Positions 30,862 to 38,982 of a DNA stretch of 64,000 bases are shown piece after piece; within the stretch, counting starts at the first letter, position 1; the number at the start of each line of letters is the position of its first letter. The stretch covers positions 38,911 through 102,910 of the forward strand of contig JAZNKB010000006.1 of NCBI GenBank assembly GCA_045578345.1, written 5' to 3'. The DNA comes from Candidatus Onthoplasma sp. Its GTDB lineage: Bacteria > Bacillota > Clostridia > Christensenellales > UBA1242. Position numbers and translations under genes: made by a program. A model generated the notes under the pieces. It was not told the DNA's origin. It saw only the letters and a list, made by a program, of their open reading frames with translations, and ran no database searches.

Positions 30862-30887
30862 AACAGCATTTTACTGCTGTTTTTTTC
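30862..30887 (+). terminator. intrinsic terminator after the rluB 3' UTR repeats
   Basis: aacagca / tgctgtt hairpin plus T7. Confidence 0.75.
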
Positions 30888-30897
30888 TTTTTTGGTA

Positions 30898-30926
30898 TTG
30901 CATAATTTGATAATGTGATGTATAAT
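30898..30926 (+). promoter_or_regulatory. sigma-A-type promoter
   Basis: TTGCAT, 17-nt spacer, TATAAT. Confidence 0.55.
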
Positions 30927-30942
30927 GCACGAAGGAGAAAAC

Positions 30943-31497
30943 ATGAAAAACGACATTATAAAAGAAATTTGGGAAATTCGCGGTTTGCTAGACATTGCAA
31001 TAGATAATCAAGATATTGATTTGTATACTAAAGCAAGAGATAGATTCAACAAAATATTTAAATTAGAAAAACATCTTTTAACTTTTTCAACATCAACAAT
31101 CGATTATGAACCAGTTGACATTGAAGATATGAGAAAAGATAGAGAACAAAACTTTGCGGTGATTGGTTTTGATTTGGGCAATAATTTACGACGAGTTTAT
31201 GGCGAAGAATTCGATATTGAGAAATTTCAGTTTAGCAGTGTTTTAGAAGTGATTTGGTGGTCTAGATGGATGTTTGATAATTTTGTTAAAAACAAAGAAA
31301 TGAACGACGTTAAAGATGAAGTTAATATGCGTATTTACAAGGCTGTTGAAACAAATCTTAGAGAAACTATTAATTTTTATGAAAACTTTGATGATGAAAC
31401 ATCTCAAAAAGAGTTGGAATCATTAATTGACATAAGCATGGAAGTTGCTTCAAAACATGAGGAACTTTACTGTGGTGATGATAATAACATAAACTAA
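30943..31497 (+). CDS. hypothetical protein, paralogue pair member 1, internally duplicated
   Basis: Two copies of an [IV]W..R..[LMF][LF]D motif (EIWEIRGLLD, VIWWSRWMFD). Start moved to ATG 30943 behind gaaggag. Confidence 0.65.
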   Translation: MKNDIIKEIWEIRGLLDIAIDNQDIDLYTKARDRFNKIFKLEKHLLTFSTSTIDYEPVDIEDMRKDREQNFAVIGFDLGNNLRRVYGEEFDIEKFQFSSVLEVIWWSRWMFDNFVKNKEMNDVKDEVNMRIYKAVETNLRETINFYENFDDETSQKELESLIDISMEVASKHEELYCGDDNNIN

Positions 31498-31506
31498 GGA
31501 GAAAAT

Positions 31507-32025
31507 ATGAACATCAAATTCGAAAGATTAAGTGCTGTTGGCAAGATTTGGTCGCTACGCGAACTTTTAGATAAAGGTATTTTTGAGCATGATGGCAAAT
31601 CTGTTGAGGCAGCCGTTCATAAATTAGATCATTTTATTAATGAACAAGATGTAGAGAATAATATTGAAAACTTTGAACAAGATTGTGAGTTAATACGTCA
31701 TAGTGCATATGTTCTTGCTTTTGAGTATTTTAAAAGACCATATCAAGAAGACGAAGATACAACAGTTAAAATAAATGGAATTCTTTCAAAAATTTGGGTG
31801 TACAGAGGCATGTTAGACGATTTTAAACATGGAGTTAAAACATATGGTTTAGAGCAGAATGAAGAAACTCCATTAATCTTTAAAATTGAAAAAGAAATTA
31901 ATAAAATTTACTATAAAGAACTTAAAGAAAAAGCATTATCAGGCAAAGATAGGCAAGACCTTTTCAAGATAAAAGAAGAAGTTGAGGATGTTAAAATTAA
32001 ATATAACCGAACACATGGTGTTTAA
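31507..32025 (+). CDS. hypothetical protein, paralogue pair member 2, internally duplicated
   Basis: KIWSLRELLD and KIWVYRGMLD motifs. SD aaggag. Confidence 0.65.
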   Translation: MNIKFERLSAVGKIWSLRELLDKGIFEHDGKSVEAAVHKLDHFINEQDVENNIENFEQDCELIRHSAYVLAFEYFKRPYQEDEDTTVKINGILSKIWVYRGMLDDFKHGVKTYGLEQNEETPLIFKIEKEINKIYYKELKEKALSGKDRQDLFKIKEEVEDVKIKYNRTHGV

Positions 32026-32042
32026 ATAAAATTTTATGATTT

Positions 32043-32073
32043 AAAGATTGAAACATTTGCGTTTCAATCTTTT
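32043..32073 (+). terminator. intrinsic terminator
   Basis: Perfect 12-bp stem aaagattgaaac/gtttcaatcttt. Confidence 0.8.
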
Positions 32074-32168
32074 ATTTGATATAATAGGAATGTAAATATT
32101 ATTTGTTGCGGAACTAATTTTCAATACAAATACTATTTTTTTCTTATGCAAATAGGTTGTTATTTACA

Positions 32169-32194
32169 GATCCTTCGGCTTCGCTCAGGATGAC
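32169..32194 (-). repeat. family A repeat, short form, inverted orientation
   Basis: The reverse complement reads gtcatcctgagcgaagccgaaggatc. Confidence 0.85.
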
Positions 32195-32234
32195 AGTAAA
32201 GAATTGTTTGCATTTAAAAAATTAGGAGAAATTA

Positions 32235-34463
32235 ATGGATTATAAAACCTTACTCAATAAAGAACAATATGAAGCAGCGATATGTACCAATGGTCCTGTT
32301 ATGGTCAGTGCCGGAGCAGGTAGTGGCAAAACTCGATTGTTGACATATAGAATTGCGTACCTTATTGAACAATGTGGTGTTGACCCTCGAAATATTTTAG
32401 CAATAACTTTCACAAATAAAGCAGCAAATGAAATGAAAGAAAGAATTTGTAAGATTGTAGAAGTTGGAAACATGATTACAGTTTGCACATTCCATAGTTT
32501 TTGTGCAAGGATGCTCAGAACTTATGCTAGTTTCATCCCGGGATATAAAGAAAATTTCACCATATATTCTGACGCGGAAACATCAAAACTTTTTAAAGAT
32601 ATTTTCAAACAACTTGAAATTGATGACGAATCAACAAAATGTAATTATAAACATAATTTGTCAACAATCAAAAATGATAACATGACAATTGAAGAGTTTG
32701 CGAAAATTTATTCATACGATAAAGATATTGATATTTTTGTTAAATTCTATCACGCGTATCAAGACGAATTGAAGAAAAACAATGCAATGGATTTTGATGA
32801 TTTGCTTATTAATTTTTATAAACTAATCACAACCAATCAAGATATTTTAGATAGCATTCAAAATAGATATACATATTTTAGCGTGGATGAATTTCAAGAC
32901 ACAAACAAGCTTCAATATGACATTGTTAAAGCCATTTCAGCAAAATCAAGAAATATTTTAATTGTTGGAGATGAAGACCAATCAATTTATGGTTGGCGTG
33001 GAGCAAATATTGATAATATTATCCAATTTCAAAAAGATTTCCCAGATGTTCAAATTTTCAAACTAGAGCAAAATTATCGTAGCACAAAGAAGATTTTGGA
33101 ACGTGCCAATATGATAATTAAAAACAACAAGAGCAGATTAGATAAAGTGCTATACACTGAAAATGATGAAGGAAATGATGTAACTTATTATCAAGCACAA
33201 ACAGAAAGCGACGAAGCAGATTATGTTGTTAGAAACATCATAACCATGCATAATCATGGTGTTCCGTATAACGAAATGGCAATCTTGATGAGAGTAAACT
33301 CACTTTCACTTGAATTTGAAAAAAGACTTCTTGCTTATAATGTTCCACACATTATGTATAATGGATTCAAATTTTTTGAGCGTCAAGAAATCAAGAATGT
33401 TCTTGCATATTTAACAGCAATCGTTAACCCAAGTGATGATGTGAGTTTCAGCAGAATAATAAATTATCCAAAACGTGGAATAGGCGACACAAGCATTGAA
33501 AAATTGACACAAATAGCATTAAAAAATCACACAAGTTTAAAGGAAGTTGTGTTAAATTACGAAATGGAAATGCTTCCAAAAGCTTTGAATGAAAAATTGA
33601 GAGACTTTAAGCAGGTTTTGGTTAATTTGCAAGAAAAAGTAACTGAAATGAGCATGGGAGATTTCTTTACATACATGCTTGAAGAAACAAAAATTTTGGA
33701 TGCTTTTGATTTGGATGACGAAAAGGAAAAAGAGAGAAGAATGAATATTGATTCTCTCACAAAAGATGTTCTAGATTTCGAAAAATTAAACCCGGAAAAA
33801 ACAATAGTTGACTATCTTGAAAATGTGACATTATCATCAAACATGGACTCTGATGATGGTCAAGGCGTCGTTATTGCAACAGTGCATGGCGCAAAAGGTT
33901 TAGAGTTCGACACAGTTTTCGTTGTTGGCTGTGAAGAAAAAATCTTCCCAATTTCTCGTGATGATAAAGACGATTTGGAAGAAGAACGTCGTCTTATGTA
34001 TGTGGCAATCACAAGAGCGAAAAAAGACTTGTTCTTAACTAGCGCACAATCAAGATTTATGTATGGCAAACGTGATTACACTGTAAAATCAAGGTTCTTG
34101 CGTGAACTTGATTTGGTGCCAGATAGGCAAATAAATTCAGGTTACAACTCATATAATAATACAACAAATAGTTATGGTTTCACAAAACCAACAAATAATT
34201 TCAATGGAGGCAATATGAATACATTACAATCAGGAAATAATAAAACTTTTAACTACACTTTTGGAAAGGACACAGTTGAAAAGAAAAGTGTTGATTTTTC
34301 AAAAATTAAGGTTGGGGCAAAAGTTACTCACCCTAAATTTGGTGATGGAGTTATCACTGAAGTAACACCAAACAGTAGCAATCACTGTGTTAAAATTAAA
34401 TTCGAAGTGGTTGGCGAAAAAATGTTATCTCTTGAATACGCACCAATTGAATTTAAAGATTAA
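32235..34463 (+). CDS. pcrA: ATP-dependent DNA helicase PcrA (UvrD family)
   Basis: LN.EQYEA, AGAGSGKT, VDEFQDTN, VHGAKGLEF. C-terminal Tudor-like VGAKVTHPKFGDGVI after an Asn-rich linker. Confidence 0.95.
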   Translation: MDYKTLLNKEQYEAAICTNGPVMVSAGAGSGKTRLLTYRIAYLIEQCGVDPRNILAITFTNKAANEMKERICKIVEVGNMITVCTFHSFCARMLRTYASFIPGYKENFTIYSDAETSKLFKDIFKQLEIDDESTKCNYKHNLSTIKNDNMTIEEFAKIYSYDKDIDIFVKFYHAYQDELKKNNAMDFDDLLINFYKLITTNQDILDSIQNRYTYFSVDEFQDTNKLQYDIVKAISAKSRNILIVGDEDQSIYGWRGANIDNIIQFQKDFPDVQIFKLEQNYRSTKKILERANMIIKNNKSRLDKVLYTENDEGNDVTYYQAQTESDEADYVVRNIITMHNHGVPYNEMAILMRVNSLSLEFEKRLLAYNVPHIMYNGFKFFERQEIKNVLAYLTAIVNPSDDVSFSRIINYPKRGIGDTSIEKLTQIALKNHTSLKEVVLNYEMEMLPKALNEKLRDFKQVLVNLQEKVTEMSMGDFFTYMLEETKILDAFDLDDEKEKERRMNIDSLTKDVLDFEKLNPEKTIVDYLENVTLSSNMDSDDGQGVVIATVHGAKGLEFDTVFVVGCEEKIFPISRDDKDDLEEERRLMYVAITRAKKDLFLTSAQSRFMYGKRDYTVKSRFLRELDLVPDRQINSGYNSYNNTTNSYGFTKPTNNFNGGNMNTLQSGNNKTFNYTFGKDTVEKKSVDFSKIKVGAKVTHPKFGDGVITEVTPNSSNHCVKIKFEVVGEKMLSLEYAPIEFKD

Positions 34464-34487
34464 TATAACACCAAAGGAGAAATAATT

Positions 34488-34919
34488 ATGATAGATGAAG
34501 ATAAAAGACCAGTAGTTTATGTTCCAAGGGAATTGCATGTGTATGATACTGATGGCGAATGCATCAAATTCGGTTATTTTGTTTCAACAGCACATTTAAA
34601 AAGAAAAGTTGTGGATTACAAAAAAAATGGTGAAATTTATAACAATTATTTTGTTAGTCTTGACCATTATATTTCAAATATGGATAATAAAATCAATATT
34701 TATACTGAAAATGGTGATTATTGCAAAGATGTAATTTTTAAAGATTATAGATCTTGCAAAGAATATGTTGACGAACTTAATAAATGGCAACTTATCATCT
34801 TGAAACAAGATAGAATTTATTCTTTGGATATAATCGAAAGAAAATTTAAAGAAGTTATGGAATATGGTAAAATGTTGGAAGAAAAATATATTCCAGCAGA
34901 AGCATTTAAAGAAATCTAA
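34488..34919 (+). CDS. hypothetical protein (143 aa)
   Basis: ORF with aaaggag SD between pcrA and ligA. No motif recognised. Confidence 0.65.
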   Translation: MIDEDKRPVVYVPRELHVYDTDGECIKFGYFVSTAHLKRKVVDYKKNGEIYNNYFVSLDHYISNMDNKINIYTENGDYCKDVIFKDYRSCKEYVDELNKWQLIILKQDRIYSLDIIERKFKEVMEYGKMLEEKYIPAEAFKEI

Positions 34920-34932
34920 TTAAGGAAAAAGC

Positions 34933-36906
34933 ATGGATAAATTTGAAAGAATGAAGTGGTTGGTGGGGGAAATTAATAAACACAATAAAAACTATTATGT
35001 TTATGATAATCCAACCATTTCAGATGCGGAATATGACGCATTATATTACGAACTAGTGGATCTTGAGAAAGAACTAAATTTCACTCTTGAAAATTCTCCA
35101 ACAAGCAGAGTTGGTGACTATGTTTTAGAGGAATTTAAAAAGAATAAACACGAAGTTACGCTTTATAGTTTAAACAAAGTTAAAGATTACGTTGATTTAG
35201 AAAAATGGATAAACGATATGAAAAAAGCAACAGGTAACCCTGCTGAAAGTTTTTCAATTGAATATAAGTACGACGGATTAAAAGTTGTTATTGAATATCA
35301 AAATGGTAGATTCAGGCAAGCAACAACTCGTGGCAATGGCGCAATTGGTGAAGACGTTACAGTTCAAGTGAAAACAATCAAATCAGTTCCACTAACAATT
35401 CCATTTAAGGGAAAACTTCTTGTTCAAGGCGAGTGTATGATGACAAATTCATCTTTTGAAGAATATAATAAAACCGCTGAAATTCCGCTTAAAAACCCAA
35501 GAAATGGGGTGGCAGGAGCGGTTAGAAATCTTGACCCAAAAGAAACTGAAAAAAGAAGATTGGATTATTTCTGTTATGATATTTTGCTTATTGAAGGTGT
35601 GGAATTTGATTCTCAACAAGAAATGAACACTTTCATTAAAGAACAAGGATTTAAAACTGATAGTTATTTTAAAATCATTAACACACTTGAAGAGGCTAAA
35701 CAAGAAATTGAGCAGGTTGATAAAATTAAAGATAGTCTTGACACAATGATTGATGGAATGGTTATCAAAATTAACAACTGCAAGGTTAGAGATGACATTG
35801 GTTACACAAACAAATTTCCAAAGTGGGCAATGGCATGGAAATTTAAGGCTGTTGAACTTAGCACAACTCTTCTTGACGTTGTTTGGCAAGTTGGAAGAAC
35901 GGGCAAAATCACACCAATTGCAATTATGGAACCAATTGAACTTGCTGGGGCAACTGTTAGTAGGGCAACATTAAATAACACACAAGATATTGAAAGAAAA
36001 CAAATTAGCATAAATTCAAGAATTTTCGTACGCCGTAGTAATGAAGTTATTCCAGAAGTTATGGGACTGGCTGAAAAAGGTGAAAACGCAAAGGAAGTTG
36101 TTGCACCAACAAACTGTCCAAGTTGTGGTAGTGCGCTTACTCGAGTTGGTCCAAATTTGTTTTGCACCAATCATAAAGGTTGCTTTGAACAAATTATTGA
36201 TAGACTATCTCATTTTGTTAGTCGCGATGCGTTTAACATTGAAGGACTTAGCGAAAAAACAATTAAGGTTTTAAATGATAAATTTAATTTGGCTTATCCT
36301 TATGAATTATTTGAACTTAAAGCAGAACAACTAGTTGGTCTTGAAGGGTTTAAAGATAAGAAAATCAATAATTTAATTGAAAGTATTGAAAAATCTAAAC
36401 AAATTGATTGGTCAAATTTCATTTTCTCACTTGGAATAATGAATATCGGCAAAAAATCTGCATTTGTGTTAAGCAAAAAGTTTTATTCAATTGAAGAAAT
36501 CAAGAATGCAGACATTGAAACATTAACAAACATTGAAGATGTTGGCGAAATTGTGGCGAACAGCATTATTGAATATTTCGCTGATGCGGACAATATGGCA
36601 AACATTCAAAAACTTTTTGATTTGGGTGTTACAATCAATAAACCAGCAGAAATCACACAAAATTCTGCATTTACAAATAAAACCGTTGTGCTAACGGGAA
36701 CACTTGAAAACTATACACGTCCAGATTTAACAAAATTATTGCTTGGTATGGGTGCAAATGTAACAAGCAGTGTAAGTAAGAAAACCGACATTGTTATTGT
36801 TGGAACTGATGCTGGAAGCAAATTGGATAAAGCTAAAGAACTAAACATCAGAATTGTTGAAGAACCTGAATTAATCGAACTATTAAACGATGCTCACAAC
36901 ATTTAA
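34933..36906 (+). CDS. ligA: NAD-dependent DNA ligase
   Basis: Adenylation site EYKYDGL, Zn finger CPSCGS...C, HhH region, C-terminal BRCT. Confidence 0.97.
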   Translation: MDKFERMKWLVGEINKHNKNYYVYDNPTISDAEYDALYYELVDLEKELNFTLENSPTSRVGDYVLEEFKKNKHEVTLYSLNKVKDYVDLEKWINDMKKATGNPAESFSIEYKYDGLKVVIEYQNGRFRQATTRGNGAIGEDVTVQVKTIKSVPLTIPFKGKLLVQGECMMTNSSFEEYNKTAEIPLKNPRNGVAGAVRNLDPKETEKRRLDYFCYDILLIEGVEFDSQQEMNTFIKEQGFKTDSYFKIINTLEEAKQEIEQVDKIKDSLDTMIDGMVIKINNCKVRDDIGYTNKFPKWAMAWKFKAVELSTTLLDVVWQVGRTGKITPIAIMEPIELAGATVSRATLNNTQDIERKQISINSRIFVRRSNEVIPEVMGLAEKGENAKEVVAPTNCPSCGSALTRVGPNLFCTNHKGCFEQIIDRLSHFVSRDAFNIEGLSEKTIKVLNDKFNLAYPYELFELKAEQLVGLEGFKDKKINNLIESIEKSKQIDWSNFIFSLGIMNIGKKSAFVLSKKFYSIEEIKNADIETLTNIEDVGEIVANSIIEYFADADNMANIQKLFDLGVTINKPAEITQNSAFTNKTVVLTGTLENYTRPDLTKLLLGMGANVTSSVSKKTDIVIVGTDAGSKLDKAKELNIRIVEEPELIELLNDAHNI

Positions 36907-36975
36907 CTTCACTAAACGCATTCGCTAAGTCGTTCAGCTAAATATTCTTCGCATTGAATAAAATCGGAATTTTTA
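36907..36975 (+). repeat. family B repeat starting at the ligA stop codon
   Basis: cactaaacgcattcgctaagtcgttcag...attcttcgcattgaataaaatcgg. Both ends match the copy at 51224-51395. Confidence 0.7.
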
Positions 36976-36979
36976 TTTT

Positions 36980-37006
36980 AAATCCACAAATTTTATGTGG
37001 ATTTTT
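36980..37006 (+). terminator. intrinsic terminator
   Basis: aaatccaca / tgtggattt hairpin plus T-run. Confidence 0.75.
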
Positions 37007-37015
37007 CTTTTGATA

Positions 37016-37043
37016 TTGACAAATTTACTTTATGTGTTATAAT
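37016..37043 (+). promoter_or_regulatory. sigma-A-type promoter, cassette 1
   Basis: TTGACA, 16-nt spacer, TATAAT. Confidence 0.6.
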
Positions 37044-37062
37044 TCTTTTAGGAGATGAATTA

Positions 37063-37452
37063 ATGGAAAATTACATTTATGAATTATATAAAAAGGGTAG
37101 AATAATAGAATTAGAAAAGAAAATAGAAAATATTGGTGGCAAACCATTTAAAGCAGCTGTTTCAATGAAACCAACTCAAACAGAATTGTTGATTGTGATT
37201 ACAGATAGGCGTTTTCATTTTATCAAAGCATATGAAGCAACAGACTTTGATTGTAAACCTATTGAACAATGTTATTTATCTTATGGATATGATAAATTGC
37301 CAAAGAGTGAAAAGGGTTATTGTAGTGATGTTGAATTCAGACGAGTTTATTTAAGATTTATGAAAAACGAATTTGAAACTTATTATGAAGATTATAAAAC
37401 ACATCAATTAGAACTTGTTGATAAAGATTTAGATTGCAATCAAACTGTTTAA
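37063..37452 (+). CDS. hypothetical small protein, triplicated family member 1
   Basis: M..YI.EL... at the N-terminus and Y[LI].FM...F..Y..DY near the C-terminus, shared with the next two ORFs. Start moved past the promoter to ATG 37063 (SD aggag). Confidence 0.7.
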   Translation: MENYIYELYKKGRIIELEKKIENIGGKPFKAAVSMKPTQTELLIVITDRRFHFIKAYEATDFDCKPIEQCYLSYGYDKLPKSEKGYCSDVEFRRVYLRFMKNEFETYYEDYKTHQLELVDKDLDCNQTV

Positions 37453-37479
37453 AAAGTCCACTGTTATAGTGGATTTTTT
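37452..37479 (+). terminator. intrinsic terminator, cassette module
   Basis: aaaagtccac / gtggatttt hairpin plus T-run. Identical to 37877-37904. Confidence 0.8.
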
Positions 37480-37480
37480 C

Positions 37481-37508
37481 TTGACACTGTTTATATTTGT
37501 GTTATAAT
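37481..37508 (+). promoter_or_regulatory. sigma-A-type promoter, cassette 2, placed for a leaderless transcript
   Basis: TTGACA, 16-nt spacer, TATAAT. The -10 box ends 7 nt before ATG 37516 and there is no SD. Confidence 0.6.
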
Positions 37509-37515
37509 AATCCTA

Positions 37516-37878
37516 ATGAAAACATACATAGAGAAGTTAAATAAAGAAAACAAGGAAAAAGAACTTGCTAGAGCATTTAAAAACGAATTTTTAAACATCA
37601 AAGTTCAATATACTTATGAAAATTGCTTTTATGGTGAATTGATTTTGAGAAGGGAATTTGAAGATGATGTTGTGTTAAGAGTGTATCACTTAACAGATTT
37701 CACTTGTAATGTTGTTAATGCTGCAAACTTGGATTATAGATCGGCTTTGGAATTTTCAGATAGCAAGGTTAGAAAGATTTATATTTCTTTTATGAACAAA
37801 ACATTTCCAAACTATAGAGATGATTATTTGAATGCAACTTGTGAGCAGGCAAAGAGAGATTTGGGTGAAACAATATAA
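37516..37878 (+). CDS. hypothetical small protein, triplicated family member 2
   Basis: MKTYIEKLNKENKE aligns from residue 1 with members 1 and 3. YISFMNKTFPNYRDDY. Confidence 0.7.
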   Translation: MKTYIEKLNKENKEKELARAFKNEFLNIKVQYTYENCFYGELILRREFEDDVVLRVYHLTDFTCNVVNAANLDYRSALEFSDSKVRKIYISFMNKTFPNYRDDYLNATCEQAKRDLGETI

Positions 37879-37904
37879 AAGTCCACTGTTATAGTGGATT
37901 TTTT
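37877..37904 (+). terminator. intrinsic terminator, cassette module
   Basis: Identical hairpin to 37452-37479. Confidence 0.8.
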
Positions 37905-37905
37905 C

Positions 37906-37933
37906 TTGACATATTTCGACATTTCCGTATAAT
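37906..37933 (+). promoter_or_regulatory. sigma-A-type promoter, cassette 3
   Basis: TTGACA, 16-nt spacer, TATAAT. Confidence 0.6.
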
Positions 37934-37954
37934 TAAGTTTGTTAGGAGAAAGTG

Positions 37955-38296
37955 ATGACACAATACATTCAAAAACTTCATGATGACAACAGAGAAGAAG
38001 ACTTGGTTAATTTTATGCATCAATCTTTTCCTGATTTTGACATTACATATAATTATGAAACCATGCATGCTGGGTATTTAACCTTCGAAAAAAATCGAAA
38101 AGTTGCAATTGAGTTTGTGATTGGAAGTTTTTGTTGCTATCATTTTGGAGTGAATGATTATAGCCTCGAAAAAGATGGACTTCCCAGAGAAGTTAAAAAT
38201 GCATACTTAAAATTTATGGCACAAACTTTTGAAGAATATCAAGATGATTATCTCGAATATCGAATCAAAAATAAAGAAACAAACTTGTTGCCATAA
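37955..38296 (+). CDS. hypothetical small protein, triplicated family member 3
   Basis: MTQYIQKLHDDNRE and YLKFMAQTFEEYQDDY. ATG 37955 preferred (SD aggag 6 nt upstream). Confidence 0.7.
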   Translation: MTQYIQKLHDDNREEDLVNFMHQSFPDFDITYNYETMHAGYLTFEKNRKVAIEFVIGSFCCYHFGVNDYSLEKDGLPREVKNAYLKFMAQTFEEYQDDYLEYRIKNKETNLLP

Positions 38297-38320
38297 AATA
38301 TTTATTATAATTATGACACG

Positions 38321-38348
38321 AAAAAACCGCTATTTAAAGCGGTTTTTT
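38321..38348 (+). terminator. bidirectional intrinsic terminator
   Basis: aaaaaaccgct / agcggtttttt, with A- and T-runs on both sides. Sits between convergent genes. Confidence 0.8.
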
Positions 38349-38350
38349 AC

Positions 38351-38874
38351 TTAATTGTAAGGAAAGTTAAATAATTCCACATTTTTTTGATTAGGTGTCA
38401 ATTTTTCATTTAATTCCTGTTCATGTTTAACAATAAAATTCAATGAAACTTTTGAATTTGATTTAAGATGATGTTTTCTCATATATAAAGGAAATGTTTC
38501 TTCAAATTTTTTAAGATTATGAACAGCATAATCGCCAACAATTGAATTATAGTTACCAAGTTCATATAATTCCTGACCAGATATAATATGACGATATTTA
38601 TTGTATCCAATTTCATAAAAAAATGCAAATTTTTAACTTCTTCATAATAATGGTCAATTTTTCCTAATCCAATATCTTTACGTTTTTTATATAAAACTAT
38701 TTCGCCAACATGTAAATCACATAATCTAAACTCTGGTTTATTCATAATTTTTTCTAGTTTTATTGCTTCTTTTTCTTCTTTTCTTTGTTTTAGCTTTTCA
38801 ATTAGTTTTTTTAACATAGGTCTTCCTTTTGCTTGTATTTTTAATATATCATTCACATTATATTTTGTCAACAT
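38351..38874 (-). pseudogene. frameshifted hypothetical gene (about 174 aa if repaired)
   Basis: ATG 38874 with aaaggaaa SD. The frame breaks at a 7-nt homopolymer (38617-38623). The -1 frame continues open to the stop at 38351-38353. One extra base would fuse the two frames. Confidence 0.6.
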
Positions 38875-38982
38875 AAATTTCCTTTAAGCACTTAAAAATG
38901 TTTTGTTTTTAGGTGTTTTTTTGATATAATACAAAAGAGTAATTGTCTTGAAAATTTAGTTCAAGAACAAATGGGGAAACAT

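Noticed and set aside
34130-34270. Asn/Gly/Thr-rich low-complexity stretch near the PcrA C-terminus.
   Set aside because: It is in frame within pcrA and sits between the helicase core and the conserved C-terminal Tudor-like domain. It is most simply a flexible linker in an AT-rich genome, not a repeat element.
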